Assembly (NCBI RefSeq): GCF_036971445.1
Contig: NC_091471.1
Coordinates: 151,528,001-151,592,000 of the forward strand
Length of the DNA stretch: 64,000 nt
From: Narcine bancroftii
Taxonomy: Eukaryota
Direction: 5' to 3'
This document shows, in pieces, positions 1 to 12,313 of the stretch (positions within the stretch are counted from its first letter, which is position 1; every line of letters starts with the position of its first letter). Below the pieces are notes generated by a model. That model was not told the origin of the DNA, did not search any database, and was given only the letters and a program-made list of their open reading frames with translations. The position numbers were made by a program, and so were the translations under genes.

Positions 1-595
1 GGAAGAATTAAATCAGATACTAAATAAAATTACAAAAAATAACATACCAAAAAAACCCAGAGATATTTATTTTAAGTAACATAAGAAGTAAAGAATTAGG
101 CCTCAAATTGGATGAAGTGCAAAAAAAATTCATTATGATAGCCTTAGCGATAGCAAAAAAAATGTATAATATCAACTTTGAAAATGGAAGAGAGCATGAG
201 TATACAGCAATGGTACATGGAAATAAATAAATGTATTCCATTGGAAAAAAATAACATATAATTTTTAAAAAGTCACAATGTTTGAACAAAATGACCTCCA
301 TCCTCTAAAATGAGAATGAAAATTATAAGAAGACAAAACGACTAGATTCAGTGTGTAATAAATAGATGACGCATTTTTCTTGTTTATTTTCTTATTTTCC
401 TTTGTGTGAAGATATTGTTTTTATGGTTTTATTGTATTGTATATGTTGAATATTTATGGATTTTGGAGGGGGTGGGTAGAGGGGAGGGAGGGAAAGGGGG
501 AAAAAAGGGAGAAAAGACCACTGTAAATTTAATGAGAAATGTTTGTACATATTTTGGTTGATATGGTTAATAGTGTGAAAAAAATTATTAAAAAA
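1..595 (+). mobile_element. L1 (fish-type) 3' end: ORF2 C-terminus, 3' UTR and A-rich tail
   Basis: Translates with frameshifts to EELNQILNKITKNNIPK..MIALAIAKK..QQWYMEINKCIPLEK. Closely matches the minus-strand L1 at 32043-32648. G-rich 3' UTR ends in gtgtgaaaaaaa. Confidence 0.9.
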
Positions 596-649
596 TTATA
601 AGACTGTATTATGTATAGAGTCAAATACAAATAACAGTGTGTCTGAAAC

Positions 650-780
650 CTCCATGTAAGAATGATCACTGTTCAATTTCTGCTTTAAAACACATATCTG
701 GTTAAAATAATGAAATGGAGGAATATGGAAAAAGGCGAAGCTGTATAATCTCTTGGGTCTGCTCCAGAATTCAAATAAAT
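650..780 (-). pseudogene. Candidate exon (FWSRPKRLYSFAFFHIPP...SYME)
   Basis: Open frame within ORF 596..796, donor gag|gtttca at 650. Acceptor not clear. Confidence 0.4.
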
Positions 781-823
781 TCAAGTAAGAGTGCAATCTT
801 TATTGCATTCACATTCCTTACAT

Positions 824-1612
824 CAGTGGTTCTCAACCCTTTCTTTCTACTCACATACCATTTTAAGTATTCCCTATGCCAGAGGTGTTCTGTGATTAGT
901 TTAAGGCAGTACATAGGTGCAAAGAGAAAGTTTGAAATCCACTGTTTTTAATAAACCTAATTGACTTGTTATGTGCATGGTTTCATAACTCCAAAGGAAA
1001 TGGGCTGTAATTATAGTGATTGTGGTTGCAAGGCAAATAGCAATGTCTTACTGTTTGATTATACTTGGCTCCCACCAGGGGCTAACACAGAACAGGAGAC
1101 ACACAGTATGCTGTATCTGTAATGGAAACTTGCAGCCTCATGGCATGCCTCATGGTGCTGATTACAACAACTTTAAACAACCTTCTCCTTCACCATGTGT
1201 TGTCTAAGAACTCACACATATGAATACAAGATGAAACATGGTGTGAGAAATGAGATGAAGGAAATTAGAAGAAAATACTTTAAAAGGTAAAATCTAAAGT
1301 CAGTAACTGATCAGTGAAGAGAAGCTAATAGTGAAAAATAGAAGGATTACATCCACCAGCGAAACTTCAGTTGACAGGTAATGTGGCTGATGAACTTTTC
1401 CTTCATCCATGTGTTGTCTAAGAACTCACACACACAAGATGAAATGTGGGCCAATGACAAATTTTTCTCAAGCAAAATATTTCAGTAAAAATTAGGCCTA
1501 GACAGTGATTCTCAAGCTTTCCTTTCCACTCACATATCAGCTTAAGCAATCTCTTACTAATCACAGAGCAATTATGGTACATAAGTAGAAAGAAAAATGT
1601 TGGGAACCACTG
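824..1612. mobile_element. hAT-Charlie-type MITE interrupted by a Gypsy remnant
   Basis: Termini cagtggttc...gaaccactg. 8-bp TSD ccttacat (816-823) / ccttatat (1613-1620). Same family as 34596-35949 and 37217-37582. Confidence 0.9.
1006..1446 (+). mobile_element. Internally deleted Gypsy LTR retrotransposon
   Basis: 5' LTR tgtaa..aaca at 1006-1238. PBS-like tggtgtgagaaatgagat at 1239-1256. Gag start EGLHPPAKLQLTGNVAD at 1341-1391. The last ~50 bp of the LTR are repeated at ~1395-1446. 5-bp TSD tgggc. Confidence 0.8.
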
Positions 1613-2359
1613 CCTTATATACATAGCTTGATGTATCCTGACCTAACAAAAATCAATCTTCAATTTCCCCAGTAATGATAGAAAATTCTAGATTGTGTGA
1701 AAAGTGTTCCCTGATTTCAATTCTAAATATATTAGATATAGTTTTCAAGTATGTTCTCTAATTCTTCATTTATTCCATGAAAAAATATAACCTAGTTTCT
1801 CTGCATCTACGCTACTTTACAATCTTAACAGATCAATTAGGTCAGCTCTTCTTCATTTAAGCTTAAGGCCAACAAATTTCTCCAGATCATTTAGCTCTTT
1901 CCTGTCCAATGTCACCCTCTCCAGGGCTAATATATCCTCATAGACTGAACTTAACACTCTAAACAGGTAATACCAAAACTTGTATAAATAAAAATAACTT
2001 TTTTTTTTGCACATTGCTACCCAGCACTCTTGAGATAAAGTCAAATATTCCATTAGTTTTGTTGATTGCTTTTTGAATACACCTTTAAGAGAAGTTATTT
2101 CATGGAATTGCATTTGTGAGCTACAGCTGTCCACAGCTATTCTCCTCTGCTAATCAGATGTTACAAGTGATGGACAATATATACATAAATACCAGACATG
2201 TTCTGACCTGCAGCATTGTTCCTGACAATTTATTTTTGTCCTGTTCCAGAACATAACGTGAGGTTGCTGTGTGCAATAAGGAAAGATATTTGAATTGAGA
2301 TTGACTTTTATTCAATGTCAACCATGCAGAAAACTACTGCATTCACATTTACTTCTCTG

Positions 2360-2895
2360 TCATCTTTTAATCAAATCTTTTTCTTTGTCAATCTCTGCCA
2401 CTAAATTTATTTCTGGATCATTGATTTCTATCTCCTTTTGAATCTTTTTGCAGGAAAGCTGAAGATTGAGTATCCTGTTCCACAAAACAACCTTCTTAAA
2501 GCTTGAATCATTCCCTGCTGGAGTATTACAGTTTGCATTGGAATTCTTGATGAAAGCAGGCAAAATTATTTTTCAATCTTACTTTGTTTTTAATCTTCTT
2601 TAGTATAATAAGACAATGTTTTAGGATGGAGGAAAACACAAGCAACATTTCTGTTCCACATTGATGTCCATTTTTTCTGAATGGAAGAATTTGAAAGAAC
2701 TCACTAAACTGAAATATCGTCGAAGAACAACCATCGTCCTCAATATGTGATGTGTGATGGATATTATATATGTGATAACCAGACACTTCCAGACCCAGCC
2801 ATGGGCTACTTTATCCCCTTCTGAAGCATGTATTATCTTGAAAGAAGATCCCTTTAATTTCTGAACCATTTTTGCCATTCACTGATTCATACTAT
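2360..2895 (-). pseudogene. Candidate exon(s) with stops and frameshifts
   Basis: Acceptor tttttacag| at 2895. Three overlapping ORFs in two frames (..EFFQI../..HSEKMDI../..WNRILNLQLSCKKIQKEIEINDP..). Non-repetitive sequence. Confidence 0.45.
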
Positions 2896-4303
2896 CTGTA
2901 AAAAGCAACTTGTTACAATATTCCCTTCTTTACTATCTGATATTTGTACAGTAAATATGCAGAGCAGTGGTCAAATGATGTTTGTTATAAAAAAAATTGC
3001 TCAAATAAATGTGTTTGTTTAATTTCCTCTCAATTTTCAGATATCAAAAGCACAAATTGAAAGGGTTTAAGCAGAAAATCTATTAGTAAAGAACTGATAT
3101 GTTAAAGGATTATGAAGTCGACAAATGAATTGATATTATTAAAGACCTCAGATTCTTTAGTCTCAGACATTCTTTAAAATGTTGAACTATAGTTTCATGG
3201 CAGTAGTACGTGCAGATTTCAGATGTTGCATTGTGTTATTTATGAACAGTACCTCTTAATATAAAAAATCTAGCACTCAGCTTCATCTCTTTGCATCACT
3301 TGCCCCTCATCATAATAGTGGCAACCTTCTACCTCCCACAGATAGGAGAGGTTTTCTGTATCATGCACAGCTTAATATTTTATGCAAAGAGTTTTCTTGG
3401 AAAATACATTTTTAAAATTTTTTCAAAGGTTTCAAGCTTAGGTAATATGGAAAAAGATAATACAATCAAAAATCCCTCATATTTTTTGAAAAAATCCGGA
3501 GTGTTTATCTGTGACATTACACAATAAAATTTCAGTCATGAAATAGCATTTTAATTAGGTCATTTTAAATTGGCTTGCAGAGAACACAGCTAATATCATC
3601 CACCACAATATCTTTTGCTGTAGCTGTGTTATTGATGTGTTACTTCAGAAAAGGCATTTCAGGGCCACGATCTGGGGAGGAACTTCACATCAGATCATCC
3701 TAGACTCTATCCCAGGCCTCAAAGCAGAAACTGAGATTGGCTCACATGGAGCTCTGGGCTCTTCAACCATCTTTGCAAGAATTGCTGGTGTATTTGCCTT
3801 GGCAGCACTCAGGGGTGATTGCTAGCAATGAGGTCAAGGGAATAAAAGTGGGTGGAAGCTGGGAGCTGGGAATAGGTGAGGTAGTTGATGGTGTTGCAAC
3901 AATTGTGAATGGATATTTGTCCTGAAGGGGAAAGCAATGATCCTACCAATAAACAGACCTCTTAATCACAATGGCAGTAGTAGTAACCAATATCGTAGTT
4001 TTTCCTATTAACCAACAAATAGTTTTGGTCTGATCATCTCATTGCATGCTACATCCTAAGTTTGTCTAAAACAGATCCTCGTGTAAACCTACATCTGGAC
4101 TTCTTAAGTTATCCCCAAAGGCAGACTTAAAGATTTGGGTATAAGCACAAGAGTATTAATCTGATGATGTTGATTTTGAAAGAGGTATTAATGTCTTAGT
4201 TAACAATAAACTGCTCAAGGAACTTAGCAGGGCGAGCAGCATCAACAAGGGTCAAGGAATTACGAACTTTTGGGTTGATATTACATCAGGACTGAGAACG
4301 GAG

Positions 4304-7188
4304 GGGGGGCATGGCAAAATGGCATAAGGATCAGACGTGCCTTCCAGTCCTCTCCTGAGTCTATCTTATTGTTTTGTCTAGAAATGCCTGTTAAAATTCT
4401 TTAAAAGTTTAGATAATTTCAGTGCTGTTAATTTAACTTATGATGGTACAATTGGTGGAAAAGAGCAAAAGAAAACGACAACAGATCATCAAAAAGCTAC
4501 ATTTTCCAAAAGTTCAAGTTTTGGAGCCTACCTACAGGAAAGACATCGGGACTCAGCTTGAAATGGATCTCAGGAGAGAGGTACAGTGTTCGGATGTAGA
4601 GCTCTATGTTACATCGGTAGAGCCCCCTAAAGAGGATGCTAAACAGCCTTTAGAACAAAGAGTTACTCAAAGGCATTTGTCAACTGTAGAGGTGGTGCTG
4701 CAAACTGCATCTCTTGAGATAAAAGAACCTATACAACTTGATGTACTGGGAGAACTTAATACATTTTGGACTGGGGAAAACCCTGACCAGCATCCTCCAG
4801 TTATTGCTGGAGAGGCTGTGGCTGGGGTTTCCACATGCAGTCATACTATAAGGAAGGCAACCAGAATGAAGGAAGCAACAGAAGATCCTTTGGTTATGCA
4901 GAAGAAGCAGGAATCTGTTGAGCCAAAATCTCTTCCAATTGAAAAGATTTTTGTGAATCTTGAATCTAAATTATCTTGTACAATGCAGGGATTATCCAAG
5001 ATTATGACTGAACTTGGTACTAGGTTTAATACTCTGGTGAAAATACATTCTCAACAGATGGCTGAGTTTGGAGCTTTTAAGCTTGAAGTGAGAGATCAAT
5101 TTAATTCGTGTGAAGAAGATATAGACGAAATACGGGATCAAGTTTTTGATGTGACCTAAATGGTCGAAGACTTACAAACTCAAAATAAAAATTTGGTGAA
5201 AAAGATTGATTATTTGGAAAACCAATCCAGATGGAACAATATAAAGATTATTGGTTTGCCGGAAGGTATGGAGGGACCAGAGCCAAGAAAATTTTTTACT
5301 GAATGGATTCCTCAGGTGCTGGGTCAAGAACATTTCCCGGAAGGTATAATACTGGAACGTGCTCACAGAGCCTTGCGTAGAAGACCTATTTCAGGTCAAA
5401 GTCCAAGACCTGTTTTGGTTTGTTGCTTGAATTATTACAACAGAGAAATAATTTTATGATTGGCTATTAGAAATGCACAACAGAGAAAATCACCCTTGAT
5501 GATTCAAAATAATCGAGTTTTCTTCTATGCGGATTTGAGTCAAGAAGTTATGTTCCAACGACGGGAATTCAATCCTGCTAAAGAGTTGTTGTGGAAGAAA
5601 GGTTACAAGGCAACCTTTAGATATCCAGCTGTTTTGAAGGTTTTTCAAGATGGTTACCAACCAAAGTTCTTTGATTCTCCAAAGGAAGCTATTGCATTTG
5701 CTCAAGAGCTGCCAATTACTCAGTTTCAACAGAGACATAGTCCGCCGTGATCTTTAAGGAGACAAGAGATGGAAGAAAAGAGCCGTGCTCCAAGAAGGAA
5801 TGGTTGTAATGGTGATTCGGCAGTTGGAGCTGATTAAAAGAAGAGTTGTCCTTTTTTTTTCTAATGTTTTTTTTTTTAAAAAGGGATATTAAATAATGAT
5901 GATGTTAGTTTAAGATGAAGTGTGAGTTGGGGGAGAGAACTGGACAGGCACTATTTCCTGAAAGTCATCTGCTACGTGTGAGTTATCTCACACCCATTTT
6001 TTTGGGAGTTACCGCATTGCGCGGTTAAGACTGGAGGGGGTATTTTTAACCTCCTACCCGTTTTTTTTCCTTTTTTTTGTATTATTAGATTAAAGAGTGA
6101 AGGGGTTTTTTTTGTTTAAATATTAAAAAAAAAGCATAAGAAAGTATTTGATTGTTTAAAAAACTAAAAATTGATGTGGTTTTTTTTGTAAAGTTTATTC
6201 AGTAGATAAGGAATATCTGAAATTTAAATGTGAATGGGATGGATAAGTTTTTTTAAATATATTTTTTCTTTAACTTTAAGGTGAAAGGAGTGGTAATTCT
6301 GGTGTATATTATTTTGCTATTTTAGTTATAGAACGAAGGGAATAATGGTGAAAGTTATAAATTGAATTGTACAATCCTAAATGAGGCTTGAATTTTGTTT
6401 GTGGTTTATGCTCCATTTGTTGAAGATATAGACTTCGTTGTAGATGTGTTTTTATTATTTGGATATCTGAATTTTAACGTAATGATTGGGGATATTTAAA
6501 TGTGGTATTGGAGCTTTCATTGGATAACTATTCAAGAGTAAAAGGGAAAAATGGTGGAAGAGTACTAAAATTGAATTGTACAATGCTTAATGAGGTTTGA
6601 ATTTTGTTTTTAGATGGTGGTTTATGTGACTAATATGATGATAGATGTGAAGTTAGTTGATATTTGAAGGTTTATCTCTATAGAGAAATTTTTTTTTCAT
6701 CTTTTTTTTCATGCTACAATTTTTTTTTAAGAATTGATTATTGTTTAAGAATTTTTGATAGATAATGTTACTAACTTTACCAATTTTTTATAGTAAGTTT
6801 GAGTTAAATATATGTTTCATCTTAACTCCGTTTGTTAAATTTATGCATTTAAGTTTGATTTAAATATGTTTTTTAAGTCTGATATCTTAGTATTAATTAC
6901 TTTTCTTTTTGTTAGTATTTTAATCGGTTATGTTTTTGTTTTTTTTGGAAGTGGGTTTTTTTCTCACATATATTATTAACTTTATTAATTCTTCACTATT
7001 TATTTTGGGGGGAAAGGGGGGGTTGGACTAATTTGAGTTGGGTTATTAATGTGTAATAATTATTGGGGAGGGTATAGTTTATTTAGATTAATGATACTGT
7101 ATTGTAATTTTATTATTTTATTCTTTTTTTTAAATGTAATCCTATACGTTATTCATGTTATAAAATCTTAATTAAAGTTTAAAAAAAA
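4304..7188 (+). mobile_element. ORF1-only L1 derivative (HAL1/half-L1-like), ~2.9 kb, complete from 5' G-run to A tail
   Basis: ~16-bp TSD aggactgagaa(c/t)ggag at 4288-4303 and 7188-7203. L1 ORF1 present. Degenerate endonuclease motifs at 6170-6745, no RT, A-tail at 7181-7188. Confidence 0.85.
4440..5750 (+). pseudogene. L1 ORF1p (coiled coil, RRM, CTD; Transposase_22-like), one frame with two nonsense codons
   Basis: Three consecutive same-frame ORFs: LENQSRWNNIKIIGLPEG, IILERAHRAL, FYADLS, FRYPAVLKV. Stops TAA at 5157-5159 and TGA at 5457-5459. Confidence 0.9.
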
Positions 7189-7544
7189 GGACTGAGAATG
7201 GAGAGAGATCTATCCACCTACCACTCACATCGCAACCCATTGCAATTACTATGATTCTATCTGCCCATCATTTCATTATTAACACCTTCCTTTAATTGCC
7301 TTGCAGGATCTCCAGCCATTGATAATTCTACATCACCTTCCTGTTTCTGTCTCCACCTCCATCTTCTCTTCTCTCTTTCCCCCCCTCCCACCCTCCCCCC
7401 CCCCACCCCATCCACCTGATTCCATCTACTTGTCAACCTTTCCACATTAGGTCTCACCTCTTATCTGCCTCTCCTGCCTCACATACACGTCTCAATAGTG
7501 TCTGTCTCACCTCCAAATCTTCAGTCAATGCAGGATTTCAACCC

Positions 7545-9170
7545 AAATAGTTTTTTAGATTATGTGCTACTTTCCTTCCTCAGAGAAAATAAAGGAAAAT
7601 AAACTATTTATTCTGGACCTCTAATTCGGAGCTGGTTGTAGATGTCAATGTGTGATCTGCAAACACTGAACCACATGTGATCGGGGTGGGGGGAGGGGTG
7701 CTTAAGAGAAAGGATGAATAGGTATTTGAGAAGATTGCCTCCATAGATGCCATCTGACCCATGGAGTTGCTCCAGTAATTTGTTTTCTTTTTAATTTGAG
7801 TAGATATTTCCACTCATTTGGACGAAAGGTTACTGTCTCAATTAATGGCTCAGATGGACAAAGAGAAACTGCTATTAAAAGTGAAGTGAATGTTTGGAAT
7901 TCTCCACTTTACAGGCCTTTGATCATTGATTCCATTTTATTTCCTCTAATCTCCCCAGTACATCCCATCAAGCCACTGAAATGGATCCCGAACGTTGTAT
8001 AACTGGACTAATGTGATGTGGACTTAACATTTTGTAGATCTCTGAAAGTTCATCTTATTGCTACTATTTATTGCTACAAATAAAGTTTCATTGTATCCAT
8101 ATTAATGTTAAATTGAGTATAAACAGAATTGTCTTTATTTTCTTAATCTTTGTTGTGATAAATATATCACATTTGAATGATATTGAACCACTATGTGGCA
8201 ATTCTTAAAAGAAAGAAATACTTGGTTGTTTGTTTGAGTTGGTATTTCCTTGCACAAAACTTTCTGGAGTACTTCTGAAATGAATGTTTTCTTTTTTTTT
8301 CTTGAGTAGTTTCCTTTGAATTTTGATTTGCTTCCATTCTGGTTTTGCAGCTTCTGAGATGGTCAATGAGTCATGGAGTCATAGAGTTGTACAGCGCAGA
8401 AACAGATTCTTCAGCTCAACTCATCAATGTCGACTAAGGGTCCTACCTGAGGCAGTCCAATTTGACTACATTTGGTCCATATCTCTCTGAAGCTTTCCAA
8501 TTCATGTCTTTTAAATATTGTGCCACTTACTCTAGCATCTGACCTGATATATCCACCACCCTTTGTTTGACCAAGTTTCCCCTATAGTTCTACATATATC
8601 TTTCCCCTCTCACCTTAAATCCATGCCTTCTAGTTTTAGAACCATCTCCTATATTGTTGGGAGCACATAGAAGACCAACATAAATACTAGATGGAATGAT
8701 CTGCCTCTGACTAAAAGAAAAGGGCACAATTTTAGAATGAAGTGGAAGAAGGTTAAGAGTGAATGGGAGGAAGTATTTTTTTCATCCAACAGGTGGAAGA
8801 AATCTGGAACACAGTGCCTGAAGGGGTGGAAGAGGCAGACTCTCACAACATTGAAAATATATCTGCATGGGCCATTAAAAATAGAGAAGATATGGTATAA
8901 TTGCTGATAGATGATATAGGTACATGATGGTTAGCAGGGTCATTGTAAGATAAATAATCTCTTTATGTGCTATATATAAATCTCCATAAATCCATGATCT
9001 TCTCATCCTTTCTTTTAAGCACCCCAACCCCCACCCTGCATATGGTTCAGTGTTTGCAGATCCCACATTGACATCTACAATCAGCTACGAATTAGATGAC
9101 CAGATTAAATAGTTTATTTTCCTTTATTTTCTCTGAGGAAGGAAAGCAGCATGTAATCTAAACAGACTTT
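7545..9170. repeat. Inverted repeat pair, ~180-bp arms (7545-7736 and 8997-9170)
   Basis: ttagattatgtgctactttccttcctcagagaaaataaaggaaaataaactattta.. is the reverse complement of ..taaatagtttattttcctttattttctctgaggaaggaaagcagcatgtaatctaa. Similarity continues through the arm. Confidence 0.9.
8370..8995. mobile_element. Two old CR1 3' fragments in opposite orientation (about 8370-8645 minus, 8670-8995 plus)
   Basis: CR1-type 3' motifs (catagagttgtacagc..; ..atctggaacacagtgcctgaagggg..). Heavily diverged. Confidence 0.55.
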
Positions 9171-9785
9171 CTCCACCATTTCCCCATATAGAGGCAATTT
9201 TTCATTTAAGTGCAATATTTGAAATCTGAAATGTATACTTATACTTTATTTATACTTCTGGGCTGCCCTGAAGAACACATTTGCAATTTAATGTTGGTTG
9301 ATGATTGAATGGGAGATCATATAACGACTTTCATTATGAAAAGTTTTGAGGAGGCTGCCATGATACAAGTCTGCGAGTGATTCACTTGAAAATAAATAAG
9401 TCAGGACATTTATCTCACATTATTGCATGTGATAAACATGTCAAGCGACCAGTTAAAATATTTATGACTCAAAGGATTATAATAATGCAATGATGCTCTG
9501 TAGATGAGACAATAACCTGTAAGAGGATAAATCACATAGTAATACACCACAAGCAAGCGTCCTGAAGAGATGACAACTCAGTGATGGATACCTTCCAGGA
9601 GAAGGCAAGACAGGAACCCAAATGATGTCTTCAGGTAGCATCAAAAACAGTGACAGCTAAATCTGAGTTGGACAGCCCTGGAACCCCAATGTTTGATTTT
9701 TGCTTCATTTACAGATAAGGATCAGTTACCATTAAAATGTTAGAACCACAAATAGGACCACATCACTGACAGAATATGAAGACAC

Positions 9786-10190
9786 TCTTTCTCTTTTCTT
9801 TCTTTTCTTTCTCTTTGGCTTGGCTCCGCGGACGAAGATTTATGGAGGGGTAATGTCCACGTCAGCTGCAGGCTCGTTTGTGGCTGACAAGTCCGATGCG
9901 GGACAGGCAGACACGGTTGCAGCGGTTGCAAGGGAAAATTGGTTGGTTGGGGTTGGGTGTTGGGTTTTCCTTCTTTGTCTTTTGTCAGTGAGGTGGGCTC
10001 TGCGGTCTTCTTCAAAGGAGGTTGCTGCCCACCGAACTGTAAGGCGCCAAGATGCACGGTTTGAGGCGATATCAGCCCACTGGCGATGGTCAATGTGGCA
10101 GGCACCAAGAGCTTTCTTTAGGCAGTCCTTGTACCTCTTCTTTGGTGCACCTCTGTCTCGGTGGCCAGTGGAGAGCTCGCCATATAACGC
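9786..10190 (-). mobile_element. RTE LINE 3' fragment (young)
   Basis: Near-identical to 35305-35686. Microsatellite-like GAAA tail. TSD gaagacac at 9778-9785 and 10191-10198. Confidence 0.95.
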
Positions 10191-10779
10191 GAAGACACAG
10201 TCCTGTATTAAATCACAAAATCTTACTTGGTTAGTCCTAAAATAATTACAATTTTGAATACAGAATCTATATCTTTAAATCCATTTTCCATTCTGGGTTT
10301 CATGGAGAAATGGTAAATATAACTGAGCACATCTCCCGTGATACTAAAGACAATTGACAGGATCCAGGACAAAGATACTCACTTGATTCTTCCAGCCTAG
10401 CTTGGAGCCTACTCCAGCACAATACCTGCCTGCACCGTGGGCTCAAGAGATGCAGCCACATGGTGCAGGACACATACAAGCAGAGGCTGAGGTGGGAGAC
10501 CCTGATAGGAAAGTCATTCATTATTCATATGAGATCATACGCAATCAGCTAACAACCTCAATCACCATTGCAAGGCTAAAAAGATGATTAAGTATTTCCC
10601 AATCAGAAACCATGGATGAACTGGGAATTCATCACACTGCTGTAGGCCAGGTTAGAGGCAGTCACATCAGGAGATCTTTCCGTCTACAAGAAATCCAAGT
10701 ACAATCCCTGAAAAGGAAACAGAGAAACCAAAAGATGGAAAAGTGACAAGGCGACATCAAAGACACACAGTGACTGTGA

Positions 10780-11200
10780 CAGGGCTATCACAGAATACAA
10801 AACAAGGCCAAGCAGCAGAGTACAACATTTCATGATGAGTTAAACATGTTCTCTGCTGCTTCAGACAGGGAACTGGCAGAGATGAGATATTCACATCAGC
10901 TACTGCAAGTGATGTCATACCCATGGTCCCCGCTGCCAAAGTCAGAGAGGACGTCCAGTAAGAGAACTTGTGGGAAGCAACAGGCCCATATGGTGTCCTG
11001 CCACATGTTCTGAGTGCCTGTCTAGATCAACTAGCAGATATTTTTAATCTCCTTGTAGATTATTCCATTGTAGTGGGTCCAATATCAAATAATGAAATTA
11101 TGAAATATTGGAAAGAGATTCACAGACATGTTTAATCTCTCCCAATAACAAGCCAAAATGTCCTCTTGCTTTAAGAAGGCCACATACGAATACTATTTAA
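10780..11200 (+). mobile_element. Decayed Rex1/Babar LINE fragments
   Basis: Remnants of KATGP.GV...L..C.DQLA.IFNL at 10975-11055, resembling 27325-27415. Confidence 0.5.
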
Positions 11201-11933
11201 AAAGCATGATAAAGGGCCTAAATAAAAAATGCAGCACTGGTGAAGCGGCAGCAATAGCAATGGTGCCACAAGTGCAGACATCGAGAGCAGGAAGCAGAGA
11301 CTGCTGTTCTGCCCTACTGTCTGGTAGTAATTCTGAAAACCTAATACAGGCTTTGAACAGCCTGTTAGATGGAAATTATGGTGTCTTTTTTTTTAATCAT
11401 CCTGCAACCACCAAGATGGTCAAGCCTCTGCCAGATAGTGTACCACAAGGGGTTGTAGACACTGGGAGAGCAGAGGACTGGTTCAGGGCGCTAGAAATGA
11501 GGAAGCCCCCCTGCACATTCATTGAAAAGGAGAAGACCATACAGGAAAGTGACCATAGTGGCAGACCAGCAAGGTGTTCAGAGGCTGAAGGACCCACACT
11601 AGCAATGGGTTGTTGGCAATTTGCTGTCAAAGGACTCACACAATGCTGTGAACTGCTGGAGTCTGGCTATTGGGAGCCTCGTACAAAACCTGGATTCAAG
11701 AAGGTTCTGACAGTTAGAAGGGGCTCTTGAAGGGTATTGGATGCTGAAGGCTTCCTGATCATATTGGATGTTTTGTATATGGAAATCAAATTGATTGAAC
11801 AGGAGTCTGTACAGCTGTAGAGGCTCTGGAATCACTCGAGGTGAATCCACGGGTACTCAATGTTCCTGAAGGGACTCCCTTTTTTTTATTATTGGGAGCA
11901 ATGGGCAAAGATCATGGTAACTTGTTATTTTGC

Positions 11934-12224
11934 TTAAGGATTGCTTAAGGTGGTATGTGAGTGGAAAAAAAAAATGTTTGTAAACCATTGTTTTAATCAG
12001 ACCTAACTGACACATTATAGGCATGGTTTCATAACTCCAAAGGAAATGGGCCAATGACAATTTTTCTCAAGCAAAATATTTTGGTAACAATTGGGTCTAG
12101 AGCAGTGATTCTCAACCTTCCCTTCCACTCACATTCCATCTTGAGCAATTCCTTACTAATCACAGAGCAGTTATGGATGGCATAGGAATTACTTAAAATG
12201 GTACATGAGTGGAAAGAACCACTG
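11934..12224. mobile_element. hAT-Charlie MITE, left end missing
   Basis: Same internal spacer (ccaaaggaaatgggccaatgac) and gaaccactg terminus as the other copies. Confidence 0.85.
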
Positions 12225-12313
12225 CTCTACACCCATGGCTGTACAGCTAAATACTCTTTCTATTGATCTTCGCATGACAAGACGGAAGACAGGAAAGAGA
12301 TTGAATACCTGGT

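Noticed and set aside
4440-5159. 239-aa ORF as an independent gene
   Set aside because: It is the N-terminal part of L1 ORF1, in frame with the next two ORFs and inside the TSD.
9740-10245. Recurrent ORFs 'MVPATLTTAS..' and 'MSTSAAGSFV..' as a multicopy gene family
   Set aside because: They are alternative-frame and antisense readings of the GC-rich RTE 3' end, repeated at each RTE copy.
11158-11730. 190-aa ORF as a host gene
   Set aside because: It starts in a Rex1 remnant and runs through a GC-rich repeat resembling 54240-55066. No recognisable domain.
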